Source: Eledone cirrhosa (Eukaryota). Taken from it: 64,000 bases of DNA. The stretch's first letter is position 1. Every line of letters begins with the position of its first letter. This document shows, piece after piece, positions 29,801 through 42,940 of the stretch. The position numbers and the translations under genes were made by a program. The DNA lies in the NCBI GenBank assembly GCA_964016885.1, contig OZ024741.1, positions 172,484,001-172,548,000 of the forward strand, given 5' to 3'. The notes under the pieces are model-generated. The model was not told where the DNA came from. It did no database searches and saw nothing but the letters and a program-made list of their open reading frames with translations.

Positions 29801-30345
29801 GTATGTATGTGTGTATCTATGTATCTATGTATGCACGTATCTATGTATGCACGTATCTATGTATGTGTGTATCTATGTATCTATGTATGCACGTATCTAT
29901 GTATATATGTATGTATCTATGAATCTATGTATGCACGTATCTATGTATGTATGAGTGTATCTATGTATCTATGTATACACGTATCTAGGTATGTATGTGT
30001 GTATCTATGTATCTATGTATACACGTATCTAGGTATGTATGTGTGTATCTATGAATCTATGTATGCACGTATCTATGTATGTATGAGTGTATCTATGTAT
30101 CTATGTATACACGTATCTAGGTATGTATGTGTGTATCTATGTATCTATGTATCTATGTATACACGTATCTAGGTATGTATGTGTGTATGTATGTATCTAT
30201 GTATGCACGTATCTATGTATGTATGAGTGTATCTATGTATCTATGTATACACGTATCTATGTATGTATGTGTGTATGTATGTATCTATGTATGCACGTAT
30301 CTATGTATGTATCTAAGTACATATATATGTATTATGTATGCATGT
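26890..30345. repeat. Complex (TATG/TATC/CACG) microsatellite-derived satellite, interrupted at 28293-28731
   Basis: Recurring tatgtatc, gcacgtatctatgt and gtggtgtatc modules. Confidence 0.95.
28319..28731 (+). mobile_element. Short bipartite RTE derivative (5' UTR piece + 3' end), 5'-truncated
   Basis: CTAGGAGAAGGAAAACTCTG (RTE 5' UTR-like) joined to [22 protein letters not shown] (RTE C-terminal Zn finger); ends at a (TATG)-type repeat. Confidence 0.8.
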
Positions 30346-30427
30346 ACATACACAGACATCAACTGCTTTCAAGCACTACTCACGAGTAAATACAGAATAC
30401 TTCAATCTTATAAACACGTAGTATATA

Positions 30428-30503
<76 letters not shown>

Positions 30504-30667
30504 TGTATGTGTGTGTGTCTGTGTGTGTGTCTGTGTGTGTCTGTGTGTGTGTCTGTGTATCTGTGTGTGCGTGTCTGTGTGTGTGTGTATGTGTGTAGCA
30601 TTACCAACTAGCACATGTTTAGATAATATAGGAATGCACGTATTTATCAAGAACACGTGTCACTCAC

Positions 30668-30839
30668 TCGGCTATGTAGAGAAAAATCAACACGTTACGA
30701 TTCTCACTGTACGACTCCATTACACATTCTGTTATTTGTCGACCTGATGTGAGAGCCCTTGCATAGTAACACAATATGTTAGAAATAACAGTTAAATTAT
30801 CGCTTCCCACGTAAATAAGGACAACCTTATTCGGCATAA
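30668..30839 (-). pseudogene. Candidate frameshifted exon, astacin-like N-terminus
   Basis: Strong acceptor tctctcctttactgtctacAG and donor GA|GTGAGT. Starts L-(W)-PNKVV..Y only after a 1-nt frame repair. Confidence 0.3.
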
Positions 30840-30949
30840 CTGTAGACAGTAAAGGAGAGAATAGTCAACACGTAGGATGTATTTGACCATGTTGAGTATA
30901 AAGGAAAACAATAACATGTATACATTAACAGAATTGCTCATATATCCAT

Positions 30950-31330
30950 CACATTCCGGTTCTCTGCTCTCTGAGTTCAAATCCTGCTGAGATCAAATTT
31001 ATATTTCATCATTTCGAGGTCTTTAAAATTAAGTATTAGTCCAGATATTAGTTGAATTGTTACAGAGCCCGACAAAATGCCTGCCAGTATTTGTTCCGAG
31101 GGCGGTGGATTGGCAGTATCGGTAGAGGGTCGGACGCCATGCTTTCAAGCATAGTTACGTCCCTTTACGATCTGAGTTCAAATCCCGCCGAGGTTGACTT
31201 TGCCTTTCATCCTTACGGGGTCGATAAAATAAAGTACCAGTAATGCACTGGGTAATTGCTGGCCTTGTGCCTAAAGTAGAAACAAGTATTTGTTCCGATT
31301 CTATGTGTTCTGTGTTCAAATTCCGTTGTG
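30950..31330 (+). mobile_element. OR-like SINE copies
   Basis: Full copy at ~31100-31290 with A/B boxes and core, plus fragments. Confidence 0.85.
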
Positions 31331-31355
31331 ACATGCGCCAGGTTTAATCCCACAC

Positions 31356-31467
31356 CCGACTCTTGGTTGCCACACTGTTACGATCATTTGGACTTCTTTT
31401 TTTTCTGACGAGAGAATATCTTCTTCCATCGCCCTGAAAGGAGTCATAAGTAGCCTTCTTTCCTTCA
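31356..31467 (-). pseudogene. Candidate exon with furin-type RKKR site (pro-region/mature junction of an astacin-like protease)
   Basis: ctactttAG acceptor; EGKKATYDSFQGDGRRYSLVRKKRSPNDRNSVATKSR; weak GTGTGG donor. Confidence 0.35.
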
Positions 31468-31627
31468 CTAAAGTAGTAATAGATAAGTGTACTTAATTCA
31501 TACACCCGCAAACACATCATTGCTATATCACACAGTAAAACTAAACATATATGTACACAAACACACACCACTAAATTACACAACAAAGTTTATATTATGT
31601 ACAATATTCTATTATTACAGAAACTAA

Positions 31628-32356
31628 GGGGGTTGCTTGGCAGTATTGGTAGAGTATCGGACAAAAGCTTTGAGGTATTTGTTACGAGTGTTTATGTTCT
31701 CAGATCAAATCGCGCCGAGAATAGCTTTACTTTTCATCCTTCAGTGGTCGATAAAATAAAGTATCAGTCACTTACTGGGGATGATATAATCAGCTTTTCC
31801 CCTCCCTACACACTGTTGACCTTGTACCAAGAGTAGAAGCACTTATTACGTACTCTACCAAGGCAGTGGATTGGCAGGATCGTTACAGCGTCAGACAAAA
31901 TAACTTGTGGTATTTGTTCTGGCTCTTTGCTTTCTGACTTCAAATCACAATGCTGTCAACTATGCTTTTCATTCTTCCGATGACAATAAAACAAAGTACC
32001 AGTCATACGCAAGGGTCAATTTAATCGAATATTCGCCTTCACCAAATTGCTGGCCTTGTGCCGAATTAAAAATCAACATTAACTACTCTATACCGAATAC
32101 TGTTACAGAACTGTATAAACTACTGTAATATAGGCAGCTATATCACTTTAGACACAAGGCTGCTACATTAATTGTTTCTACTTTAGGCACAAGGCCAGCA
32201 ATTACCCAGTGCATTACTGGTACTTTATTTTATCGACCTCGTAAGAATGAAAGGCAAAGTCAACCTCGGTGGGATTTGAACTCAGATCGTAAAGGGACGT
32301 AACTATGCTAGAAAGCATGGAGTCCGACCCTCTACCGATACGGCCAATCCACCATC
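31628..32356. mobile_element. OR-like SINE cluster (two + copies; one - copy at 32180-32356)
   Basis: Core ttcatcct..gtcgataaaataaagtaccag on both strands. Confidence 0.8.
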
Positions 32357-32762
32357 CACAAGGCTGCTACATTAATATAGGCATTAAGTTGCAACATCAC
32401 TATATACGGCACGGTATAAACCACTGTATACATATACAACTGTACTGCAATGTCATTCAATATAGAATATCATTAGAGCAGTGTATGCATAACTTTACAC
32501 ACAACACTGCTTCAATGAACTCCTCATGCTAAACTACAAGCATTAAACGGAGACATATACACCATACCATTGCAAGCACGGTATATTACACACAAAAAAA
32601 CAGATAGGTGGTCAGGGTGTTGTAAGGTAATTTTGCTATATACCGGTATTGCTACACTTGGCGATATACTGTATGTATAACGTGCAACAAACACACAGAC
32701 ACATATAACGTGGGCATAAATGAGTGGATCGACTGATTATATATGTGCTTGTGATATTGTGC

Positions 32763-32793
<31 letters not shown>

Positions 32794-33170
32794 CATGCAT
32801 ATATATATATATATATACATACACACACATATATATAAATATATACATACACATACATACATACATATGTATATATATATATACATACACATACATACAT
32901 ACATATATATATATATACATACACATACATACATACATACATATATATATATATACATACACATATATACATACATACATATATATATATATACACATAC
33001 ATACATATATATATATATATATACATACACATACATACATACATATATATATATATATACATACACATACATACATATATATACATACACATATATACAT
33101 ACATACACATACATACATATATATACATACACATATATACATACATACATATATATATATATACATACAC

Positions 33171-33238
<68 letters not shown>

Positions 33239-33349
33239 GTGTGTGTGTTTGTGTGTGTATTTGTGTGTGTGTGTTTGTGAGGATGTGCGTGTAAAGAGAA
33301 AGGAGAGAAAGAGAGAAAAATAGATAGATAGATATAAATGCATAGATTG

Positions 33350-33430
<81 letters not shown>

Positions 33431-33574
33431 TTTTGAAGGTATTAAACAATTACATATTAACTCTTACACTATTCATTTTCCTGACGTTTGAACATTTTTA
33501 TATGTACTATACATGCACCTTTGATTACTTGTGGTGCACCTGAGCACTGTACACAATAATTTCATTATTATATG

Positions 33575-33890
33575 TGGATTGGCAGTATTGGTAGAGGTTC
33601 GGACGCCATGCTTTGCAACAAAGAGTTACGTCCCTTTATGGTCTCAGTTCAAATCCCGCCGAGGTTAACTTTGACTTTCATTCTTATGGCGTCGATAAAA
33701 TAAAGCACCAGTAATACACTGGGATAATTGCTGGCCTTGTGCCAAATGTAGAAACAATTATTATATGTATCTGAGTTCAAATCCCGCTGAGGGTCAACTT
33801 TGCCTTTCATCCTTACGGGTTCGATAATTATAAAGCACCAGTAATACACTGGAATGATTGCTGGTCTTGTGCCAAATGTAGAAACAATTA
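33575..33890 (+). mobile_element. OR-like SINE, 1.5 tandem copies
   Basis: A box, GTTCAAATCC and core. Confidence 0.85.
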
Positions 33891-34402
33891 TATGTATATA
33901 TTTGTGTGTTTGTGTATGTGTTTATGTATGTGTGTTATGTTATGTATGTTTGTCTATGAGATGAATGGAATTATACACACACACACAGACACAGACACTC
34001 ACACACACACACAAACACACACACACACACACATACATACAGACACACACATACATACACACACACACGCTTATGAACATATGTGTGTGTATTTGTCTCT
34101 TTGTTTTTGTGCGCGTGTGTTATCAATGCAGACATGTATTTTTGCGCATAGCAGATTTATGTTGGATTCACTTCGTGATTGCAAAACAGAAGTGTAGTTT
34201 GGTACAGTATACAAGTTAATAAATGCTGACGGATTGTGATGGCAAGGAGTTGTAGATGTTTGAGTTGCTTGCTATCTCAGTAGAAATCCAACACTGAACA
34301 CTTCAACACGGTATTCGGTAATTTAATTCATGTAAATTCTGCTATGTTAGAAATAAATGACACAAAGATCACACAATATATTCCTTCTTCACTTATATAC
34401 AC

Positions 34403-34455
<53 letters not shown>

Positions 34456-34487
34456 GGTGTGTGTAAGTATGTATGTATATATATATA

Positions 34488-35082
34488 TGGTGGCTGCCAA
34501 CTCGTTTTCGAGTACGGCCATTACTTTATATCCATGTAGGAGTGCTGAACGAGTGTGACTTTTTAGTCTAGCCAGCGACTTGAAAACTCTGGTACAAACA
34601 CTACACTTGTGACAATTATTGACACATAGTGCTGGGCCCATGGTACCATGTGACGACAAGTGCAGAGAGATCTCCAGACATAAAGCAATGCCTGTGCCGT
34701 GAAGCTTTTATAGTGAGCAAAGGCACTGCACAAAGCCAGTCCCACTCTCTTAACCAAGATGATATTTACCAAAAAGAGGAACAAGTCAACATCATTGGAT
34801 ACCATCAGAGTTGCAGGTGTTATATCAGAGTTTTCCTTCTCCTAGAATTCTGCCTTGACAAAGGCTAAGGGGTCATCTCTCCCGGTGATTTTGGATGGCC
34901 ATTGACTCTCAAGATCTCCTTTGCCCTTTGACAGGTTTTGTTTTTAGTCCTGCAGGATGTCCAAAGTCACCCTCCTCACCAAGAAACCTTGGTGGGGTTG
35001 CCAGTTTAGTCGCCAAGGACCCGACCTTGGGACAGGTTGTACTGGGATACATGTTACCAGTAGCACCAACTGGTGACCTGAC
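34488..35082 (-). mobile_element. Most complete bipartite RTE derivative (~600 bp)
   Basis: Homologous to 28319-28731 and 55730-56298 with additional 5' sequence. Confidence 0.8.
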
Positions 35083-35254
35083 ATACATACACACTTATAT
35101 ACAAAAATATAAATATATATATATGTGTATGTATATATATATATATATAACGAAGGAAATGTGGTAAGGAACCAAGTGGACCATAACGCACCAAAGTACT
35201 CAATACTTAGGGTAGTTGAGTGGGTAATAGGAACGAGGTCCTACTCGTTCCTAT

Positions 35255-35321
<67 letters not shown>

Positions 35322-35375
35322 AACATATTCTTACACACACGTACACACACATATATATATATATATAAATATATA

Positions 35376-35585
35376 TCAGCTGTAGAAATGAGTTGCGACG
35401 TCACTGGTGCCAAGCTGTATCGGCCATTGCCTTTCACTTGGACCTCATCGGTGGCGTGGAGAGGGGAGACTGGTATGCATGGGGCGACTATTGGTCTTCC
35501 ACAAACAACCTTGCGTGGACTTGTGCCTCGGAGGAAAAACTTTCTAGGTGCAAATCCCATGGTCATTCGTGACCGAAGGGGTCTT

Positions 35586-35591
<6 letters not shown>
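35376..35591 (+). mobile_element. SINE/LINE 3' fragment ending at (TA)n
   Basis: GC-richer block ending cccatggtcattcgtgaccgaaggggtctttaccc (terminal stem-loop). Confidence 0.55.
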
Positions 35592-35659
<68 letters not shown>

Positions 35660-35807
35660 ACTAGAAATTGATTAACATATAAATAAAATGCTCGGACCTA
35701 CTCCTTAGAATCCTAGAACTTATTTTACGGGTGATATGGCGCATGTCTTTCTGGCATGACACCCATAAATTTGAATTAGATGAAATTCGTTTGATTTATC
35801 TTAATTT

Positions 35808-35843
<36 letters not shown>

Positions 35844-35906
35844 CAAATATATATGCATATATATATATATGTGTGCGCGTGTATGTGTGTGGGTGTGTGT
35901 GTGTGT

Positions 35907-35957
<51 letters not shown>

Positions 35958-36129
35958 TGTGTTTGTGTTTGTGTGTGTGTATATAAATTTAAAAAAAAAC
36001 TCACATTAATCCCCCATATTGTAGGGAGCTCAAGGAATATATTATCCGGGCTATTTTTAAACTAACATGTCTTTCCTCTATACCATGTGTGTGATATATT
36101 TTTTTAGAAGTGTTGATCATATTGCTAGA

Positions 36130-36211
36130 CACCCGCCGATGAGCTACCTCTAAAATATGGATTCTTCACTTATTATAGCTAAACATACTCTTATTTGAGC
36201 ATGTCCGAGTG
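36130..36211 (+). ncRNA. Degenerate extended hammerhead (two core changes)
   Basis: cacccg CCGATGA gcta..tagc TAAA cat actc ttattt gag c atg TC cgagtg. Confidence 0.65.
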
Positions 36212-36554
36212 TTATTGTGATAGTCGAATGGTAGAGGGTCGGATGCCATGCTTTGAAGCATAGAGTTACCTCCCTGTATGATCTGAGTTCAAATCCCACC
36301 GATGTTAACTTTGCCTTTCATCCTTCCGGGGTCGATAGAATAAAGTACCAGTAATGCATTGGTTATTTGCTGGCCTTGTGCCAAAAGTAGAAACATTTGT
36401 TATAGTCGAATGGTTAGTACACTTTGATATATGCTTTTTATTGATTTATATTCACCATTCCTTTCGTAGTTAATATGTTCGTCACTCTAGTGGCTTTTGA
36501 TCCCCTATGAATGATTGAAAGCATATCTGTATGTATACTTTTCTCTATATGTTG

Positions 36555-36600
<46 letters not shown>

Positions 36601-36831
36601 GGAAAAAATGAAACGAAATTTCATTTCCCACTCTTAGTACGGCTGTTACTTAAATATAAGTATGTACACGTACATACATATATGTATACAGACGTACAGT
36701 AGTATGTATATATATATATATATGCATACATGCACACATATATATATATGTACGTATGGATTCACCGAACAGTTATTATAATGTTCGATGTGTTTGTAAA
36801 CAAACATCCCGTATTAGGAACTGACAAAGGA

Positions 36832-36874
36832 ACGGTGTACTAGTTTCAAGCTTATTAACTATCGTCAGCAACGT
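36832..36874 (-). ncRNA. Family A hammerhead
   Basis: acgttg CTGACGA tagtt aata agctt GAAA ctag TA caccgt. Confidence 0.8.
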
Positions 36875-37036
36875 ATACTATCCTGCCAGATTGTTGAACG
36901 TATATACTTACCTTATGCATATTAACAGCTGCGAAGCCCAATTTGCATATCGAGTGGGTTAATCGGCCGGGTGCACCGAAAACAATAAACGGAAAAAATG
37001 AAAAAACTGTACGTCTGTATACATATATGTATGTAC

Positions 37037-37091
<55 letters not shown>

Positions 37092-37107
37092 ATATATACA
37101 CACACAT

Positions 37108-37338
37108 ATGCTCTTTTACTCTTTTACATGTACCAGCCATCTGGCTGAAGCCATGCTGAGGCACAGCCCTTGTTGCTACACATTCTATCTCCAGCCTGTG
37201 TTGGCTGGCCATTGGTGTAAGAGGCAGATCGTTGCTGCTGCCTTTATGTTACATTCGTACCTTGCTGTGAGGCTCATCTGGGATCTTGGATAGCAGGGTG
37301 TCAAGATGTTTCTTGAAACCGTCCAGGTTTACACCAGA
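37108..37338 (-). mobile_element. CR1-like LINE 3' end (copy at 52043-52273)
   Basis: GVNLDGFKKHLDTLLSKIPDEP, then a 3' tail ending (TAAAAGAG)2. Confidence 0.75.
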
Positions 37339-37397
37339 TATACATTTATATAAATATATATATATATATATATGTACATACATATATATATATATAG

Positions 37398-37686
37398 ACT
37401 AAAAGTCTAAAGTCTGTCTTAAGACAGAAGGTTCATTTGGCCGCTGCTTATCCCGGTTTCATGGCGTAAAGCGACTGAGAGTACAAGACTACCCCCTGGA
37501 TAGGACGCCAGTCCATCGCAGGGTTAAACCCCCAGCTATTGCTGGTACACATTTTCACCTGAGTATACTGGAGCAACGTGAAATGAATTGTTTTGCTCAA
37601 GAACACAACACGCAGCCCAGGGATCGAAACCACGACATTATGATCGTAAGTCCAACACTCTTACCACTAGGCCACGTGCCTCCACC
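37398..37686 (-). mobile_element. tRNA-derived SINE with CORE-like body (copies at 52333-52620 - and 56370-56643 +)
   Basis: A box TGGCCTAGTGG, B box GTTTCGATCC, gtgttcttgagcaaaac, aaccctgcgatggactggcgtcc. Confidence 0.85.
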
Positions 37687-38327
<641 letters not shown>

Positions 38328-38359
38328 ATATATAGAGAAACCCACAGATACATGCGGAA

Positions 38360-38954
38360 ACATACATATACATGAATATATCCACATATAACCTTGAGTT
38401 AGTGGTACCAACCTCAACCGATGTTGCTCTATGAATAACTGGGATAAACTAATCCGAATGGATTAGATTGATTCAGTATCAGAGCTATATAATACATTAC
38501 GAAGAGAGAAGAAACATTAGATATAATTAATAATAAGATATATCATACCCAAACTGCCTCTCTAGTCCTCGACTACGTAGTTTCGTGGCATATTATGCAA
38601 AAACACTACATCATAGAGATATAGAATTTCTGTGAGGGTTTTGAAACTCTTAATGAGGTATCCTCTTGATAAGTCGGCAGACCTCACAAAAATTCTATAT
38701 CTCTGTGATGTATGTGTTTTTGCATAATATGCCACGAAACTACGTAGTCGGGGACTGAAGAAGCAGTTTGGGTATGATACATCTAATTATTAATTATATC
38801 TAATGTTTCTTCTCTCTTCGTAATGTATTATATAGCTCTGAATCAATCTAATCCATTCGGATTAGTTTATCCCAGTTATTCATAGAGCAACATCGGTTGA
38901 GGTTGGTACCACTAACTCAAGGTTATATGTGGATATATTCATGTATATGTATGT
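38360..38954. mobile_element. Fold-back PLE-end element, ~275-bp arms (copy at 53180-53780)
   Basis: 38360-38637 is the reverse complement of 38682-38954. Confidence 0.9.
38661..38754 (+). ncRNA. Hammerhead (U3-A8), extended stem II (copy at 53481-53573)
   Basis: tcctc TTGATAA gt(c)ggca..tgccac GAAA ctacgtag TC gggga. Confidence 0.8.
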
Positions 38955-39511
38955 GAAGGAAAGATAAAGTGTAGGGGGGTTAGAATTTGGAAATATTTAA
39001 TTTATAATATTAATGTGAAGACTCCAGATTTCAGGATTATTTGCTATTTATTTATATTATTTATATAAATTCGATAAGTGTGTTATCATTTCTAAACTTC
39101 TGAATTGTGAGAATAACATTATAAAGGATTTAGCTGGCGCATAAAGAATGAAATATTATACTGTTGATTAATTACCTAAATCTTCACATTAACATTATGA
39201 ATTAAATAATTCCAAATTCTAACCGTTTAACTTTCGAAAAAAAAACCTACACTTTATCTTTCCTTCCTTATAAATCTTTTTCCAGTGGCTGTCACAGGCT
39301 GTTATGATTCATGAGACGTTTCCCTAGCAATTTAAAATTTTAGAACACTTTAAGTATGCAGCGTTTTTTCTTACTCACACATTCTCTGATGAATTCATTA
39401 CGTTTTCGCACTCTCACACAAATATTATATAGGCAAAATGTTCTATCGAGTAATCACTACCTTGATTAAATCTTAACTATTTAACATCTCAGGTATGTCA
39501 TGTATCATTAT

Positions 39512-39564
39512 ATTTTGTCTGATGAGGACGTACTGTTGTACATCCAAAATATGTATAATAAAAT
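39512..39564 (+). ncRNA. Hammerhead with G12>A change (intact in the duplicate at 54337)
   Basis: attttgt CTGATGA gga cgtac tgtt gtac a tcc AAAA tatgta TA ataaaat. Confidence 0.75.
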
Positions 39565-39679
39565 GTAATTGAATAAAAGAATATCTATTTTATTAATACT
39601 TATATTAATAACTCCTGAAAATTATTTTCGTTGAGTGCTTCCAATCTACTGTAAAAATCATTCTTTGACATAATCATTG

Positions 39680-40268
39680 AAAGAAGGACGCGAGGACGTG
39701 GAATATGACCCCAGGAGCGGAAGGCCCTCAACAACCAGGACTGAGGTCAACGTTGAGCGCGTCAGGCAGATGGTGCGTAATGATTGTCGGCTGACTGTAC
39801 GACTGATGGCAAATGAGCTGGGCATGAATCGGGACAGCATCTGGAAGATTCTCACTGAAGATTTGGATATGCGGAAAGTCTGCGCAAAGAAGGTGCCAAA
39901 ACTGCTGAACGATGACCAGAAGGGTCGACGCATGCAAGTGTGCCAGGACATCCTCGAGCGTCTTGAAACCGAACCGAACTAGGGACAGTCATCACCGGTG
40001 ATGAGTCATGGATCTTCGAGTACGACCCGGAGGGGACCCGTTTTGAAGACGTGGACGACATCAAAAAGGCCGTGACGACGGAATTGTGGAGGATCCTGAA
40101 AGAATCCTTCCAGGAGTGCATGCAAGCGTGGCAGAAAAGGATGGAAAAGTGCATTAGACTCCAGGGGGTTACTTCCAAGGAGAAAACTCTTAGTGTGAAG
40201 GAGAAAACTCTTGGGTTTGAAATAAATCTTTTGTGACATCAGTCCTGGAACTTTTCTGACTCACCTCG
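39680..40268 (+). mobile_element. Mariner remnant lacking the left TIR
   Basis: EGREDVEYDPRSGRPST..KVCAKKVPKLL..ITGDESWIFEYDP; right TIR ends ..ACCTCG|TA. Confidence 0.9.
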
Positions 40269-40384
40269 TATCAGAGGCATTAAGTATTAATTTAACAGAA
40301 GCTTTAAAGTACCAGTAATGCACTGGGTAATTGCTGGCCTTGTGCCTAAAGTAGAAACAAGTATTAATTTAACAGAAGCTTTCA

Positions 40385-41345
40385 CTACCTGATTGTTGGA
40401 AGAAGTGATTCAACGCTGCAAGCTGTTTAAACATTCATTAAATCGTGACCTAGGAAACCATATTTTCAGCAGCATTTAATTACTTTGAAAGTATGAAGAA
40501 ATTGTTGACCTCCTCACTTAACAGTAAGACAAGCATCACCAACGCATTTCATGTAATATTCATCATATGATTCGTACGAAGTGCTGTTTTGTTATAGTCA
40601 CGCCTATGTCATTTGACACTTTAGAAGAGATAATGCTGCATGGTGCACCCGTATCCTGCATCACGTAAACAATGTCAATGTAACCATTTAGGGAGACAGG
40701 TTCAAATATTGGTTTTTCAGCTATGTGACCGATAAGAATCATGATTCCATCTTGACGAATTAACTTGTGAAGGTTCCTGGTACATAGTCGCGTTGGAATA
40801 AGCAATAACCTCCTTTTTTAATTGCTACTACAAAATTCGGATATTTGCGAAGAATGCTGTAGAAATGATTCACTAACTTCATTGGCTTGAAGAACGTTTT
40901 CTTTTTCTTCACTGCTTCTTAGACCGACAACTAACTGAGACATTATGAGATTTCCAGTCATTGTCCTTTTAGACGTTTTCAGGCTCTCAAAATCGCAGTA
41001 TTCACTGGCATGTCGATGTTTCGAAAGAAATTATGAAACTGATTCACTGGGCTGTTGGCTAGTGGAGAAAATGTTGTTCTTTCTGCCAATATCAGTTTCT
41101 TTGAATGAGTAACATTTTTGAGATTAGCGTAAGTCATCTTTGTGAAATTGTTGGGAATGTTAATATATCGGACAATCTTTAATGCTTGTATTCCGACCAA
41201 AGAAATGAATTTCATAGCCATAGGACTTTTGCCACCATCTTGTATCTTATCCTCTACTTCGTCCACGTAAGCCTTTCCTTCAAAGGCCATGAAGCAGGTT
41301 ATGACGTCTTCGATCGACTGTAAGAAATTGTCCTTGCCCTTTCCA
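40385..41345 (-). pseudogene. Ty3/Gypsy gag-protease remnant
   Basis: KFISLVGIQALK..LILAERTTF (gag) and QDTGAPCSIIS (aspartic protease). Confidence 0.75.
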
Positions 41346-42010
41346 TTGTCCTGTCTTGTTTATTTCCTTATGTGCGTAAGTAATTGAATAAGGAACAGTA
41401 ATTTACAATCTTGTTTCCGTATGGTTACAAGATAAATTAAAAGAGAGAGACTAACTGTCATAGACAACTGTGATTTTAGCAGACAGATTCAAGAAGTTGT
41501 GTAAATAACATGGACTTTTGCCAGTGTTATTATGCAGTTACACGTGTAAAAAGTATCACTAGCAGATTCTTCCGAAAATGCTTTAACCTTATGACACACT
41601 TTACAGAAATTCGGATGTACAGAGATGTTGCAAATCTCCGGTTTCATATACGGTCGTTTATAGAAGAGATGAAGATAGCAAAAGCCTTCTGCTACATGAT
41701 GCAATTGGATTTCTGGTGGTCAGCATTGTCCGTGTGATTCCACTAATACGGTTAACCAAAAGAAAATGGAGTGTAAGAAAAGTTGACATTGGAGAGACCA
41801 CTCTGAACGGGTTGCACTGGGACGGACACGAAATAGATTTCCCACTTGATTAATAATATAAATGAATAATATAAATGTAACAAGAGCTAATAAATAGAAT
41901 CAAACTTTAGATCTCATGACGGCGTCACTGCTTTGATGGACAGCGTCTTGCCTATCAGACATACTCTTAGGATTAAATTAAACAAAAAACACATAAATAG
42001 AAACACAGGC

Positions 42011-42055
<45 letters not shown>

Positions 42056-42330
42056 ATTTCGCGTGCGCTCCGCAGTCATATGTCTCCTTAGCGAACAAGC
42101 ATGACAAAATATGTGTCAAAACGGAAATGTTGGTAACCAATCTGACGTGCTTCCAAGATTCCTGTCTACTCAATCTCAACTACAAAAGTTTAGATCGACC
42201 TCCGGTTATAGTAAAAGACGCTTACCAAGTCTGTCAGACAATGGAATCGAGTTCTCATGATTTTGAAGCAAACCTCTCAACCACTTAGCCTTGCTTGCAT
42301 TCATAAATATCTCGTCTGTCTGTGTGACAG

Positions 42331-42526
42331 CAGACCTGCCAACCTCTAAAATCCCAAACGGGGAGTGCCATAGAAGGATGTGTCCCAAAACGTGGAGAAA
42401 TAAGGCAAAATGGGGAGATTTTTACATAATGAAAGCCATACCCATTTTCACAAGAGAAGACATCTCTCACGCACCCCAAAAGCTATTGCAAATCTCCCGG
42501 TCTAAAGAGGAAAGTTGACAGGTCTG
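42331..42526. mobile_element. hAT-like MITE (copy at 61792-61987)
   Basis: TIRs CAGACCTGCCAAC / GTTGACAGGTCTG; TSD not clear. Confidence 0.65.
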
Positions 42527-42895
42527 TAATAGAGACATCATTGCATGGTTTGTCGTACCTTTTATTCTAAGGTTGAATTGCTATTTTTAGAAGATCATAT
42601 ATTTCCAGTAATTTCACTGATTGTTCTTAACAACGATGTAGTTAATCACAAGTCAACCCAATTAAGTCAACCACACATATACACACGATACATATATACT
42701 TTTTTTCCGTTCAGTCGGGCTTATCTGCCTCGTTATTATTAAACTATTATATTTAGTCAAATTTACAGCCAAAGTCTTCTAATTCAATTTTCGAATTCCG
42801 CTCGCCGTTTTTCTAAACACATTTGCTTTCTATATTTATATATCCCAAACAAGGGAACTTTATTATCTATATTTCTGATTATATATGTATATACA

Positions 42896-42940
42896 TTCCT
42901 GGTGATTTCATAGGAATGAAACTGTTCTAGTCTTGTAGGA
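42896..42940 (+). ncRNA. Degenerate family C hammerhead (copy at 62357-62401)
   Basis: ttc CTGGTGA tttc atag gaat GAAA ctgttctagtcttg TA gga. Confidence 0.55.

Noticed and set aside
31400-31450. CTGACGA..GAAA ggag TC as a hammerhead
   Set aside because: Stems I and II do not pair convincingly; it overlaps the candidate exon on the other strand.
34930-35082. HDV-like ribozyme in the RTE-derived 5' UTR
   Set aside because: Hairpins are present, but I could not build the nested double pseudoknot by eye.
41489-42288. Short ORFs repeated at 60947-61749 as conserved genes
   Set aside because: Their identity reflects the segmental duplication; no recognisable domains.
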